A DNA stretch of 44,526 nucleotides, from the NCBI GenBank assembly GCA_040220235.1, contig JAVJTO010000097.1. One strand, 5' to 3'. The stretch comes from Coleofasciculus sp. B1-GNL1-01 (lineage in GTDB: Bacteria; Cyanobacteriota; Cyanobacteriia; Cyanobacteriales; Coleofasciculaceae). The notes below the pieces were generated by a model. The model made no database searches. It was given only the letters and a program-made list of their open reading frames with translations, and had not been told where the DNA came from. Positions 1 to 8,688 of the stretch are shown here, one piece after another. The translations under genes were made by a program, and so were the position numbers. Position 1 is the first letter of the stretch; each line of letters opens with the position of its first letter.

Positions 1-127
1 GGTTAGTTCATTTAATTCCTAAAGAAAGCCCCTACACCTTTTGGGTGCGATCGCGCTTTGAAATCAAATAGGTTTTCCGGTCTGATTTCCGGTTAATCTA
101 TCTATCGGATATTGAGAGAAAAATCTA

Positions 128-193
128 ATGTAGGGGCGGGTTTAGGGACAAACTCAACCGACCCACTCATAACTTTTCTACAAAACCCGCCCT
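128..193. repeat. REP-like dispersed palindromic element (TGTAGGGGCGGGTTT...AAACCCGCCC family)
   Basis: Inverted arms GGGCGGGTTT/AAACCCGCCC. Related copies lie at about 6911-6974, 36689-36755, 38995-39121 and 44116-44183. Confidence 0.75.
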
Positions 194-266
194 GTCCCCA
201 CCTCTCGCTCAAACGCTCTCTATCATCCCAATTTTATCCTGAAATACCCTACACCTTATCTTTCTG

Positions 267-395
267 CTAGACACGCAGTTAATTATCGCCAAAGAGGTAA
301 AATTAGCTGCGCCTGAATTCTTTGATCCTGTTTTAGAAGAAGTGGATAGAATGCAGGGAATTTTAGTCTCTACTATTCAAAAGTTAAAGTCTTGA
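267..395 (+). pseudogene. C-terminal remnant of a four-helix-bundle (23S rRNA IVP / Avd-like) protein
   Basis: Manual translation gives LDTQLIIAKEVKLAAPEFFDPVLEEVDRMQGILVSTIQKLKS*, matching the (E)LDTQL-containing C-terminal half of this family. The start and N-terminal half are missing. Confidence 0.65.
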
Positions 396-440
396 TTTTC
401 CTTCCCACCCTCTACCTTCTGCCCTCTGCCCCCTGCCTTC

Positions 441-572
441 TCACAAAGTCCTGCCGGAAACGCACACTACCCGAAACCCGTTGAGGAGGTTGTGGAGGAT
501 GCCGGGGATGCCGTCGTTGCGGTACGCCACACGGCAGAGATTCGGGATGATGCCCCAGGAACCGCCGCGCAG
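441..572 (-). other. Putative DGR variable region (VR)
   Basis: GC-rich 3' end of a CLec gene. 20 of 25 codons between GGSW and GFRV end in C, including 15 consecutive NNC codons, which contrasts with the AT-rich codons just upstream. Confidence 0.7.
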
Positions 573-3533
573 AACCTTGTATAATTGATAATTATTATCA
601 TCAGTGTTTTCAAGGGTAAAATCACCTGAACCCCTTAATTTTTCATCTGCATTTACCTTGCTTGTCTCTTGTTGAGAATCTTTTTTATCTAGCCATGCGC
701 TGCCATTGGTTGGCGCACCTTCATAGTTGTCGTGCCAGTCATCTAAACACCATTCCCAGACATTCCCATGCATATCGTACAAACCAAAGGCGTTGGGAGG
801 AAAACTGCCCACAGGTGTGGTTTGTTCTCGGTATAGTCCTTTAGGTTCATCAGCATAGGTAGAACTGGCTCTGTAATTAGCTAATTGATCCGTTAGGGTT
901 TCGCCAAAGTGAAAGGCAGGATAGGTGGTATTTTGGCTTGATTCACGGATAGATGAAGAGTCAGGGAGAATGGCTCGACAAGCATATTCCCATTCGGCTT
1001 CAGAAGGCAGTCTATATTCCCGTCCAGTGAGTTGGGAGAGTCGGGCGCAAAATTCTACTGCATCATACCAGGAGACTGTCTCAACGGGTCTATCCCATCG
1101 GGTGGGAACTGTCTCACTAGACACGTAGTTGGGTAAGGTTTGGGGATCAGGATCATCCTTGAAACGAGCAGGCTCAGGGTCAAGGTCACGGTTTACCTTC
1201 AAATCTGTACGAGACGAGATTATACGCCATTGTGCCTGAGTAATCGGCGTTTTGCTCATAAAGAAGGATGGAACGGTGACTTCGTGTTGGGGGTGTTCCT
1301 CGTCACTTCCTTCTCCTGCTGGCGAACCCATCAGAAACGTGCCGCCAGGGATGGCGACCATATCTAGAGTAATTGTTTGATAGAGAACATACCCCTTTTT
1401 TAACCAATCTCTGACAATCTTAAATTTACCCTTTTTATCAGTATTAAGCTGAGGACAACTGGTGACTAAATGAGTGTACACTCCCTTTCCCAGTCGCCGT
1501 TGCAGCGTCACTTCACTAATATTCAAATCCTGCGCTACCTGACTATCAGAACGTGGCAAATTTCGCGCATTAAACCGAACCAGGAAAGCTTGTCGCTCAT
1601 CTTCTTCAAACAGATTATGAGCATCAGCGACTCGTTTTAGACATTCATCCCAATCATCAGCGAATAGTTTTAGACATTCATCCCATGTTAAAGGAAGTTT
1701 TTCCCTAAAATATCGCGCCGTGCGAGTTTCCCGTCTACTAATCTCACCCTTGCGGTTAACAAAAACTGTTTCAAAGGAGAATACTTCAAGTTCGCTAGTA
1801 TCCAGTGATGGAAACCCAGCAGAAGACGACTGTGACTGTTGTTGGGTGACTCTCGGCGTCGCCTCCACCGATTCACCTTGCCATCCCGCTTCAATTTCCT
1901 CGGCTAAACGCACATAAGCTCCCCCCAATTGTTTCAAAATATGGGTAGTAATCTCAGCAAAATGCTCTGGCTCAAACTCCTTAACCGTTTCCCTTTGCAC
2001 CTGTTTTAAAGCGTCTGGCTGCTTCAACAATCCATAAAACTGCTTGAGATTTTTACCCAGTCGTTGGGCAAAATAGCCAGAAATCACCGTAACAATCTGC
2101 ACAGACTTCGCTGTGGGAGAATCCTTCAGAAACAGACTGCGGATTGTCTCCGACTCATCCCTTGATGCATCCCCAATAAACCGATACTGAATCTCATCCG
2201 GGTTCGTCTCTGGCGTAATTAAACCTTGGGGGTGTAAGAGTCCCCCCAGAAACACTTCCGCAACATGAACCGGTTGAAGTTCCCGCAGTAGCGTGCGTCG
2301 AATTAAGCGCACAATCGGTAAATTCACCACAGGTGCAGCCGCCAGCAAACTCGCCAACTCTCGCGCCATGGGGGAGGAAGATAAGCGGAAGTCATAATAC
2401 CGTTCTGGGAAACCTCTCTCCTGCGGTTGAGAAGGCGTTGAATTCTGCTCAGATGCTAGCGGAAACACAAATCCAGTCGCCCCAACCGTTCCCTTCCCCA
2501 CCACCATTTCACTCCAGGTTTGAGCCAGGTCAGGTTCTAAACTCAATACAGGCACTTTAACGCCCTGTTCCCCCTCAAAATCCTCGCCAAATACAAGTTC
2601 CGTAATTGCCAGATTTCGATTCGCCACAGCCGCTTGACACCGACTATCGAGTTGTACCATTGTCCCCCCACTCAATCCCGTTCGCCACCACATCCGAGTG
2701 GGTAACATCTGGACAATAGCGACAACATTCTGTTTTCCCCAGGTGTCTAGAATTGAGACGGCTTTACCATTGCGCCACTTCTCGCCAACGCAATCACTAA
2801 CCACTAAAATTAACCGATGACCACTGGGATCAATGAGCATTTGGGGACGGTAGAGACGGTGAGACAACGCATATTTACCGATTCCTTTGTTCAGGCGAAT
2901 CTCTCCCTGTTCATCGGTTACCATTCCCCAGGTGCGGACATGACGAAAAATGCCATAGTGCTTACAGAGTTGTTGGAATTCCTGAGTTGTCTGTCGCCAG
3001 AAAATCATCGAGTCGCTTTGATCAATCACCAACTCTAAATCGAATCTCAGTTCTTGAAAGGGCTTGAGAACAGGACTTACAATACCATTTAATTCGGCAG
3101 TCGATTCCACCGTGGCGACTTCATCTAAAATCGTGGTTTCCCTAGAGGAAATACGCTGCATCAAAGGGCTAAATGCCCGTGCCAGTTTTAGGGGGTGAGG
3201 AATAGCCGCGACATCAGGAAGGGCAATCTCTAAGGAATCGTGACGAGAAGTGGTTTTGGCGTAGACTCCTACAGCAGGTTGGTTTCGGGAGGGGATAGTC
3301 GGAAGAGAGGATTCGGGTATTGTGGTGGATGATGGTGTAGAGGATACGGTTGAATCGACAATAGGCGGTTCGGCTGAGGTGGGTTCGTGGGTAGAAGCCG
3401 GAGTTGGAGGTTGAGTTGAAGCGGAATTCCGGCGTTGTGCCGCCAGCCAGAGAATTTCGGCAATTTCTGTCCCGGTGAGGTTTAAATCCTGTTCTAATAG
3501 GGCGATTAATCGGTCAAATTTCTGGGACATCAT
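441..3533 (-). CDS. vWA component of a vWA-MoxR-VMAP ternary system (SAV_2336-like N-terminus) with C-terminal FGE-sulfatase/CLec domain
   Basis: N-terminal [22 protein letters not shown]-like [16 protein letters not shown]-terminal [43 protein letters not shown] and RGGSW...GFRVVC. Lies downstream of moxR. Confidence 0.88.
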   Translation of the reverse strand: MMSQKFDRLIALLEQDLNLTGTEIAEILWLAAQRRNSASTQPPTPASTHEPTSAEPPIVDSTVSSTPSSTTIPESSLPTIPSRNQPAVGVYAKTTSRHDSLEIALPDVAAIPHPLKLARAFSPLMQRISSRETTILDEVATVESTAELNGIVSPVLKPFQELRFDLELVIDQSDSMIFWRQTTQEFQQLCKHYGIFRHVRTWGMVTDEQGEIRLNKGIGKYALSHRLYRPQMLIDPSGHRLILVVSDCVGEKWRNGKAVSILDTWGKQNVVAIVQMLPTRMWWRTGLSGGTMVQLDSRCQAAVANRNLAITELVFGEDFEGEQGVKVPVLSLEPDLAQTWSEMVVGKGTVGATGFVFPLASEQNSTPSQPQERGFPERYYDFRLSSSPMARELASLLAAAPVVNLPIVRLIRRTLLRELQPVHVAEVFLGGLLHPQGLITPETNPDEIQYRFIGDASRDESETIRSLFLKDSPTAKSVQIVTVISGYFAQRLGKNLKQFYGLLKQPDALKQVQRETVKEFEPEHFAEITTHILKQLGGAYVRLAEEIEAGWQGESVEATPRVTQQQSQSSSAGFPSLDTSELEVFSFETVFVNRKGEISRRETRTARYFREKLPLTWDECLKLFADDWDECLKRVADAHNLFEEDERQAFLVRFNARNLPRSDSQVAQDLNISEVTLQRRLGKGVYTHLVTSCPQLNTDKKGKFKIVRDWLKKGYVLYQTITLDMVAIPGGTFLMGSPAGEGSDEEHPQHEVTVPSFFMSKTPITQAQWRIISSRTDLKVNRDLDPEPARFKDDPDPQTLPNYVSSETVPTRWDRPVETVSWYDAVEFCARLSQLTGREYRLPSEAEWEYACRAILPDSSSIRESSQNTTYPAFHFGETLTDQLANYRASSTYADEPKGLYREQTTPVGSFPPNAFGLYDMHGNVWEWCLDDWHDNYEGAPTNGSAWLDKKDSQQETSKVNADEKLRGSGDFTLENTDDNNYQLYKVLRGGSWGIIPNLCRVAYRNDGIPGILHNLLNGFRVVCVSGRTL

Positions 3534-3600
3534 TCATTAGAAAGCAACAGGCAATAACAAAATTGTAGGGTGCGTTAGCGAAGCGTAACGCACCATTACA

Positions 3601-3778
3601 TATAGCGCTACGCGCTAGGCAATGGGCAATGGGCAATAGGCAATGGGCAATGGGCAATAGGCAATGGGCAATAGGTAATAGGCAATGGGCAATAGGCAAT
3701 GGGCAATAGGTAATAGGCAATAGGCAATGGGCAATAGGCAATGGGCAATAGTGAAGAAAAACACTGACTCATCAAGGG
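3601..3778 (-). mobile_element. Truncated MITE copy carrying an expanded GGCAAT(A/G) heptamer tract
   Basis: Begins with TIR TATAGCGCTACGCGCTAGG. Ends with TGAAGAAAAACACTGACTCATCAAGGG, the reverse complement of part of the 36966-37095 element. Heptamer tract spans about 3617-3750. Confidence 0.65.
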
Positions 3779-3881
3779 CTTGTAGTAAGGGAAATTTAGC
3801 CCTATATCCTGTTGGGTTTCCTGTCGTCAACCCAACCTACAATCTTGATCCAAATGACCAATGACCAATGACCAATGAGTA

Positions 3882-5036
3882 TCACAATTCATCAATCGCT
3901 GACAAACTATTCAACAACAATTCCTGTAACTCCTCCGTAAACGCTTCCGGACTCAAATTATTTCTAATATAAATCGTATTAAGCAATTGATCCGTCGCCC
4001 GATCCTGTTCATCCTTGTCCAAAAACGCTTTAATCAATGACTCAGTTGTCTGTTTCACCCTTTCCCAATTCGCCTCATCCGTTTCCTCTTGGAAATGAGC
4101 CGCAATAATCGTTTTTAAAGCGGCTGTATCCGGATCAGGCATTCTCACCCGCAGACAGCGACGCACAAAAGCCGGGGGAAACTCTCGTTCAGCGTTACTG
4201 GTCATAATAATAATCGGAAAGCTTGAACAATGGACTCTCCCCCGCCGAATCGAGGCTTTAATTCCCGCATCTTCAGTTCGCACTTGTACAGGTTTAGAGT
4301 TACTATTGTCCGTCTGAGTTGGCGACTTATCCGCCCAACGGACTAATTCCGGAATCTCATAGTTTCCTTCTTCAAATAGGTGCAACAGTTCGTTGGGTAA
4401 GTTAATGTCACTTTTATCAATTTCATCAATCAATAACACTCTGGGATACTGAGAGGGTAAAAAAGCGGTTCCCACCGGACCCAAGGTAATATACTGACCA
4501 ATATCCGGCGATTTACCTTTGTTAAGCTGGGAATCTTGGAGTCGTGCGATCGCGTCATACCGATAGAGTCCATCTTGTAAGGTAGAACGGGTGGTAATCA
4601 GCCAAGTTAAGACGGGTCCCAATTTAAGTTCATGGGCAATAGCATAAGCTAAAGAGGTTTTTCCCGAACCCGGATTTCCGGTTACCAAGAGGGGACGCCG
4701 TAAATACAACGCCGCATTCACCGCATCTGCTACATTCACCCTCGGCGGTTTACTTGTCTCATCTTCCCCTTCATTATCAATCGATTCATCCTCTGGTTTA
4801 GGGGAATGCAGCCTAAATTTTCTACCTTTTTCTTTCCCTTGTTTATTTTCCTCAGCATCTGCTAATTGTTGCACCGCTTGCCAACGTTGTTCGATATCTT
4901 TAAGTTCGGCTGAATCGTCAATTTCTCGAAATCGCCGCCAGGGAGGAGGCGGTGGCAAATTGGCAATTTTAAAGCCATGTTCTTGTCCATCGCCATAAAA
5001 AAAATACCAATCATTCGGATGCGTTGTTGATGTCAC
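3882..5036 (-). CDS. MoxR-family AAA+ ATPase of the ternary system
   Basis: LPPPPPWRRF, Walker A GNPGSGKT, YRYDAIARLQD, Walker B LLIDEIDK, SNAEREFPPAFVRRC. Start chosen at GTG 5036 after AGGAGG because the ATG at 5072 lies inside a MITE. Confidence 0.92.
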   Translation of the reverse strand: MTSTTHPNDWYFFYGDGQEHGFKIANLPPPPPWRRFREIDDSAELKDIEQRWQAVQQLADAEENKQGKEKGRKFRLHSPKPEDESIDNEGEDETSKPPRVNVADAVNAALYLRRPLLVTGNPGSGKTSLAYAIAHELKLGPVLTWLITTRSTLQDGLYRYDAIARLQDSQLNKGKSPDIGQYITLGPVGTAFLPSQYPRVLLIDEIDKSDINLPNELLHLFEEGNYEIPELVRWADKSPTQTDNSNSKPVQVRTEDAGIKASIRRGRVHCSSFPIIIMTSNAEREFPPAFVRRCLRVRMPDPDTAALKTIIAAHFQEETDEANWERVKQTTESLIKAFLDKDEQDRATDQLLNTIYIRNNLSPEAFTEELQELLLNSLSAIDEL

Positions 5037-5057
5037 ACTACCCTCCTGTGATCTATT

Positions 5058-5208
5058 TATAGCACTACGCATTAAGGTTAGGACATAAAAGAAAAACTAA
5101 AATCGCTTGACCCTGAGCGAAGTCGAAGGGTCAATCGCTTTTTAGGTAAGCTTTTGTCTTCACTATTGCCCATTCCCCATTCCCTATTCCCTAGCGCGTA
5201 GCGCTATA
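5058..5208. mobile_element. MITE with TATAGC(A/G)CTACGC terminal inverted repeats
   Basis: TATAGCACTACGC at the left end and GCGTAGCGCTATA at the right end. A homologous copy lies at 36966-37095. Confidence 0.8.
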
Positions 5209-6675
5209 GCTTGCCAATTGATTAAACTTGGGTAAATTAACTGGCTTGCGCTCAGTATTATCGCAGAGAACGGATAAATTATACCCCAAAAGTGTCTCTC
5301 GATTCGGTTGTGCCAAGTCTTGCTTACGAATGTCTAGGATTCTGTCCGATAACGTCTCTAAATCAGAGAAAGAGTCGGCTGTAGTTAATGTATTCAAGCG
5401 GTCTATAGCAGACTGACAAAGGTCTTGATTTTTCAACCAGAAACACAACGGAATTCCCTTTGCTAATAAAAGCTCAAAAAATACCTGAGTTTTACGAGGA
5501 GGTAAGTCACAACACAGTTTAACAATGATAAATCGTTCTAGTTCTAATGCCAATTGTTTCTTTTTTAAAGCACTGGATAATAAACTGGACAAGTTTCGAT
5601 CCTGAGCAAAATCACAGATATCCTTGGGGTTGAGTTGTGTCATTTTTTGCCATTTAATCAGACAAGCATTCTGCCAATCGGGTTTTAACAATCGATTTAA
5701 CGAGCGTAACATCACCGAATATTTCTCACAGAGGGCGATATCATCTTTCTTCCAAACTTGAGGAGGCTTGAATTCAAATCGCTTACTGAGGAGTTCGGTG
5801 GGCAGAAATAATTCAATCTTCAAATTGTATGGCTGATTCTGTAAAACTTTTGCGTGTAAGTAGTTGTCTTTAACTTGTTGAATAAACTTATAAATCACAT
5901 CAGGAATCTCTTTCTCGAAATATCCCTCAGTTTTCATGTCCTCTGGATTTAAATCAATGGGTTGATTTTGGGTGTTAGGGAAATCCTCGATAAACTCAGC
6001 TTGGATGTTAAAGGTTTTCTTCTTGGTTCGGGTTTTACCCAGCAGCGGATAAACCAAGATTAATAGATAGCTGTGGAGAATAGAATTGGATGGCTGTTCA
6101 GTTGGAGAATCAAGGGTTGGATAGTTATACTGAATCCACCGTTTTAACTTATCTTTTAGATCAGGCGGGATATTTGGGTAAGTTAACAGATTAATCACAG
6201 AGGATTCGACAAAATCGGTTAAGCTAGGACAGGTAGTAGATAAAGCCATATCTTCTGGATTATTAAGACAATTGAAAAATAGGCGATCGCCTTCAATTAT
6301 CCCTAACAAATTTCCCTCTAACTCTTCCACCGTATGAACGTCAAAAAATTGCTCAACTTTCTTCCCACGAGTCATGTCTTGAAGAATAAAAATGAGGGCT
6401 GACAGTTGCTCATAAATAGTGAAATTCGCTTTAACTATGGGATACTCTTGACCAACTTGTCTAACAAAATCTTGGAAAACCCCTCTGTTCTCTAATTCTT
6501 TAATGGCGTAAATCAGCCTAGTTCGGTAGTCATCACCTGGAAGTTGATTGTAAAAATTCTTGCCAAAAGTCCCTTCATTTTCCAGGAAAATACTTTTCAC
6601 CTGATCTTCACTCAGTACACCTTCAATATCTTGGCGAAGTTTTTGCTTTTGCTGATCAGTTAGACTCATATTCAA
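5191..6675 (-). CDS. VMAP (vWA-MoxR-associated protein) with N-terminal EAD-like domain and VMAP-C-like C-terminus
   Basis: Upstream of moxR. IELFLPTELLS, YSVMLRSLNRL, W..KWQ, GIPLCFW and LSVLCDN motifs are typical of VMAP-C. The N-terminal ~80 aa are paralogous to the C-terminus of the neighbouring CHAT protein. Confidence 0.8.
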   Translation of the reverse strand: MNMSLTDQQKQKLRQDIEGVLSEDQVKSIFLENEGTFGKNFYNQLPGDDYRTRLIYAIKELENRGVFQDFVRQVGQEYPIVKANFTIYEQLSALIFILQDMTRGKKVEQFFDVHTVEELEGNLLGIIEGDRLFFNCLNNPEDMALSTTCPSLTDFVESSVINLLTYPNIPPDLKDKLKRWIQYNYPTLDSPTEQPSNSILHSYLLILVYPLLGKTRTKKKTFNIQAEFIEDFPNTQNQPIDLNPEDMKTEGYFEKEIPDVIYKFIQQVKDNYLHAKVLQNQPYNLKIELFLPTELLSKRFEFKPPQVWKKDDIALCEKYSVMLRSLNRLLKPDWQNACLIKWQKMTQLNPKDICDFAQDRNLSSLLSSALKKKQLALELERFIIVKLCCDLPPRKTQVFFELLLAKGIPLCFWLKNQDLCQSAIDRLNTLTTADSFSDLETLSDRILDIRKQDLAQPNRETLLGYNLSVLCDNTERKPVNLPKFNQLASYSATR

Positions 6676-6820
6676 GATATCAACATCACTCTCAATCGAA
6701 ACTAGGCAGCATTACCTTATATATTAACAAAGAGCGCTCGTAGTAAGGGAACCTTATCCCTAGATCCCGTTGGGTTGAGCGAAGTCGAAACCCAACCTAC
6801 AACTTTAAGCAGCATTACCT

Positions 6821-7087
6821 CATATATTAACAAAGGTGCGTTACGCAGCGCTAACGCACCCTACATTATAGAGGCTTCTAACTTTTCATGAGAAATCAAA
6901 AAACCTGCGTATCGGGGCGAGTTTAGTCGCATCTGGGTGCAACCGAAGAGATAATAGTGAAACCCGCCCCTACACCTTTACATACCATACCTGACTAGCA
7001 AAGACGTTCGGTCAAAATCATTATATGCCGTGAAAAGTCAGATATATTAACAAAGGTGCGTTACGCGGCGCTAACGCACCCTACATT
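6821..7087. repeat. Duplicated ~46-bp unit ATATATTAACAAAGGTGCGTTACGC(A/G)GCGCTAACGCACCCTACATT with REP-like hairpin
   Basis: Copies at about 6821-6867 and 7042-7087. A partial GCAGCATTACC-ATATATTAACAAAG repeat also lies at about 6706-6732. Confidence 0.7.
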
Positions 7088-7101
7088 GTAGGGGCTTCTT
7101 T

Positions 7102-7189
7102 CTCCAATTATAGGGGATTATTCCTCCAATTATAGAATTTTATTCCTCCAATTATAGGGGCTTCTTGCTCCAATTATAGGAGTTTCTTT
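7102..7189. repeat. 22-bp tandem repeat x4 (core CTCCAATTATAG)
   Basis: Core starts at 7102, 7124, 7146 and 7168. Confidence 0.85.
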
Positions 7190-7275
7190 CTCCCCTCTCC
7201 CCTGGTGGGAGAGGGGTTGGGGGAGAGGGGGTTATTACTTAATTTAACACCCATGACAGCTTACCTGCACCCAAT

Positions 7276-8688
7276 TTAACCGAGAAAATCCCGTGAAAAA
7301 TCCTGATACTCTTCTCTAACAACAGCGATAAATGCTGACAGATAACCTCGATTCTCCAACTCTCGAATTAAGCGAATCACTCGCGTTCGATAATCACCGC
7401 CAGGAATCTGATTATAAAAATTCCTGCCAAACGTCCCTTCATTTTCCAGGAAAATACTTTTAACCTGATCTTCACTCAACACCGTTTCAATTTCATCCCG
7501 CAACCTCTTCCTCAGTTCATCCGTCAACTTAACTAAAACCACACTCTTTTGTTCACCCTCTCCTAACCCCTTGTTTTCCCACAAAAACCCAACCGCCGCA
7601 TTCATATAAATCACCGGAATCGCAAAATCTAGCTGTTCATAACCATTATCCAGAGCAATATTAAACCGCGCCTGCTGTACAGCAGCATTCACAGACTTCC
7701 CCTTGACAATTTCCCCATAAAAATCCTTGACAAAACTACTAACCGTCTGATTAGACACTTGATACTGCATCGCGATAACCACAGGAATCCCTTGCAGCAT
7801 CAGACGAGACGCCACGCTACTAAACCCATCCGTCTCTGATGATTTTCCCGTTTCACAAGCTTGTAAAATAACAATTTTAGGACGATGCTGAGTAAATAAT
7901 CGACTAAAAAAATCAGCCGTTTTCCAATCCGGTTCCCCCGAATCTCGCACCAATGCTACTTGCCCAACATCCTTGCCATGTTCTGAAATTAATTGACCAT
8001 GACCAATAAAGTGAAAGATATCCGGTTTGCCATTACTTAATTGTTCAGCAACTTTTCGCGATGTCGCTGGATTAATCGCGGGTAAAAGTTGAATCTTGTC
8101 CGGTTGATTAGCAAGCCCAGTTAAATAACCTTGAACCTCCTGATAGTCAACCTGACTCAACTGAGGATCGGCAGTCGGTCTAGCCACAACTAAAGCGATT
8201 TTTAGAGATTCATTTGCCCCTACCTGAATCACTGGTTTATCTTCTCTTATGACGTTATACCGACTCCGAACCAAACTCAAATTCGGATCAGTCGCCAATA
8301 GAATTTCTCCCAGTTGATACCGTTGGGGAAAACGCAACAACTCCCAGGGATACGCCATTAATTCCGGCATTGCCGTTTCATTAATCTCTAGACTAACCTG
8401 TAATTGTTTCTCCTTTTGTAGAACAATCTCTTGATAGATTTGCCAAAAATTATCCCGGAGTTGAGTATCAAATAACGCCTCAAATAACGCCTCACCAACT
8501 CGTTGAATTGACTCCCCCGTTAACCGAGACGAATCAGTAAGACAATCTTGAACACGCTGATTTATCCTATCCAGCCGCAACCTTCCCGTCGCTTCATTCA
8601 GAACTTGAAACTCTGGACTCCATAATTTCACCCTAACCGACGTTTCATTCGGGACACAAATCTGATAAATAGACTCAGCTTTATCCAT
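7276..8688 (-). CDS. CHAT (caspase-like) protease with C-terminal EAD-like domain
   Basis: YPWELL; HFIGHG and LQACET catalytic His/Cys; VVIAMQY; FAIPVIY. ATG at 8688 overlaps the end of the upstream gene. Confidence 0.87.
   Translation of the reverse strand: MDKAESIYQICVPNETSVRVKLWSPEFQVLNEATGRLRLDRINQRVQDCLTDSSRLTGESIQRVGEALFEALFDTQLRDNFWQIYQEIVLQKEKQLQVSLEINETAMPELMAYPWELLRFPQRYQLGEILLATDPNLSLVRSRYNVIREDKPVIQVGANESLKIALVVARPTADPQLSQVDYQEVQGYLTGLANQPDKIQLLPAINPATSRKVAEQLSNGKPDIFHFIGHGQLISEHGKDVGQVALVRDSGEPDWKTADFFSRLFTQHRPKIVILQACETGKSSETDGFSSVASRLMLQGIPVVIAMQYQVSNQTVSSFVKDFYGEIVKGKSVNAAVQQARFNIALDNGYEQLDFAIPVIYMNAAVGFLWENKGLGEGEQKSVVLVKLTDELRKRLRDEIETVLSEDQVKSIFLENEGTFGRNFYNQIPGGDYRTRVIRLIRELENRGYLSAFIAVVREEYQDFSRDFLG

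Noticed and set aside
3514..3830. ORFs with [13 protein letters not shown] repeats
   Set aside because: These are translations of the heptamer STRR tract.
5037..5072. ATG 5072 as the moxR start
   Set aside because: It lies within the MITE end, while GTG 5036 has a good ribosome-binding site.
7102..7189. Possible mini-CRISPR array
   Set aside because: The 12-bp core and 10-bp related linkers are too short, and there are no cas genes.
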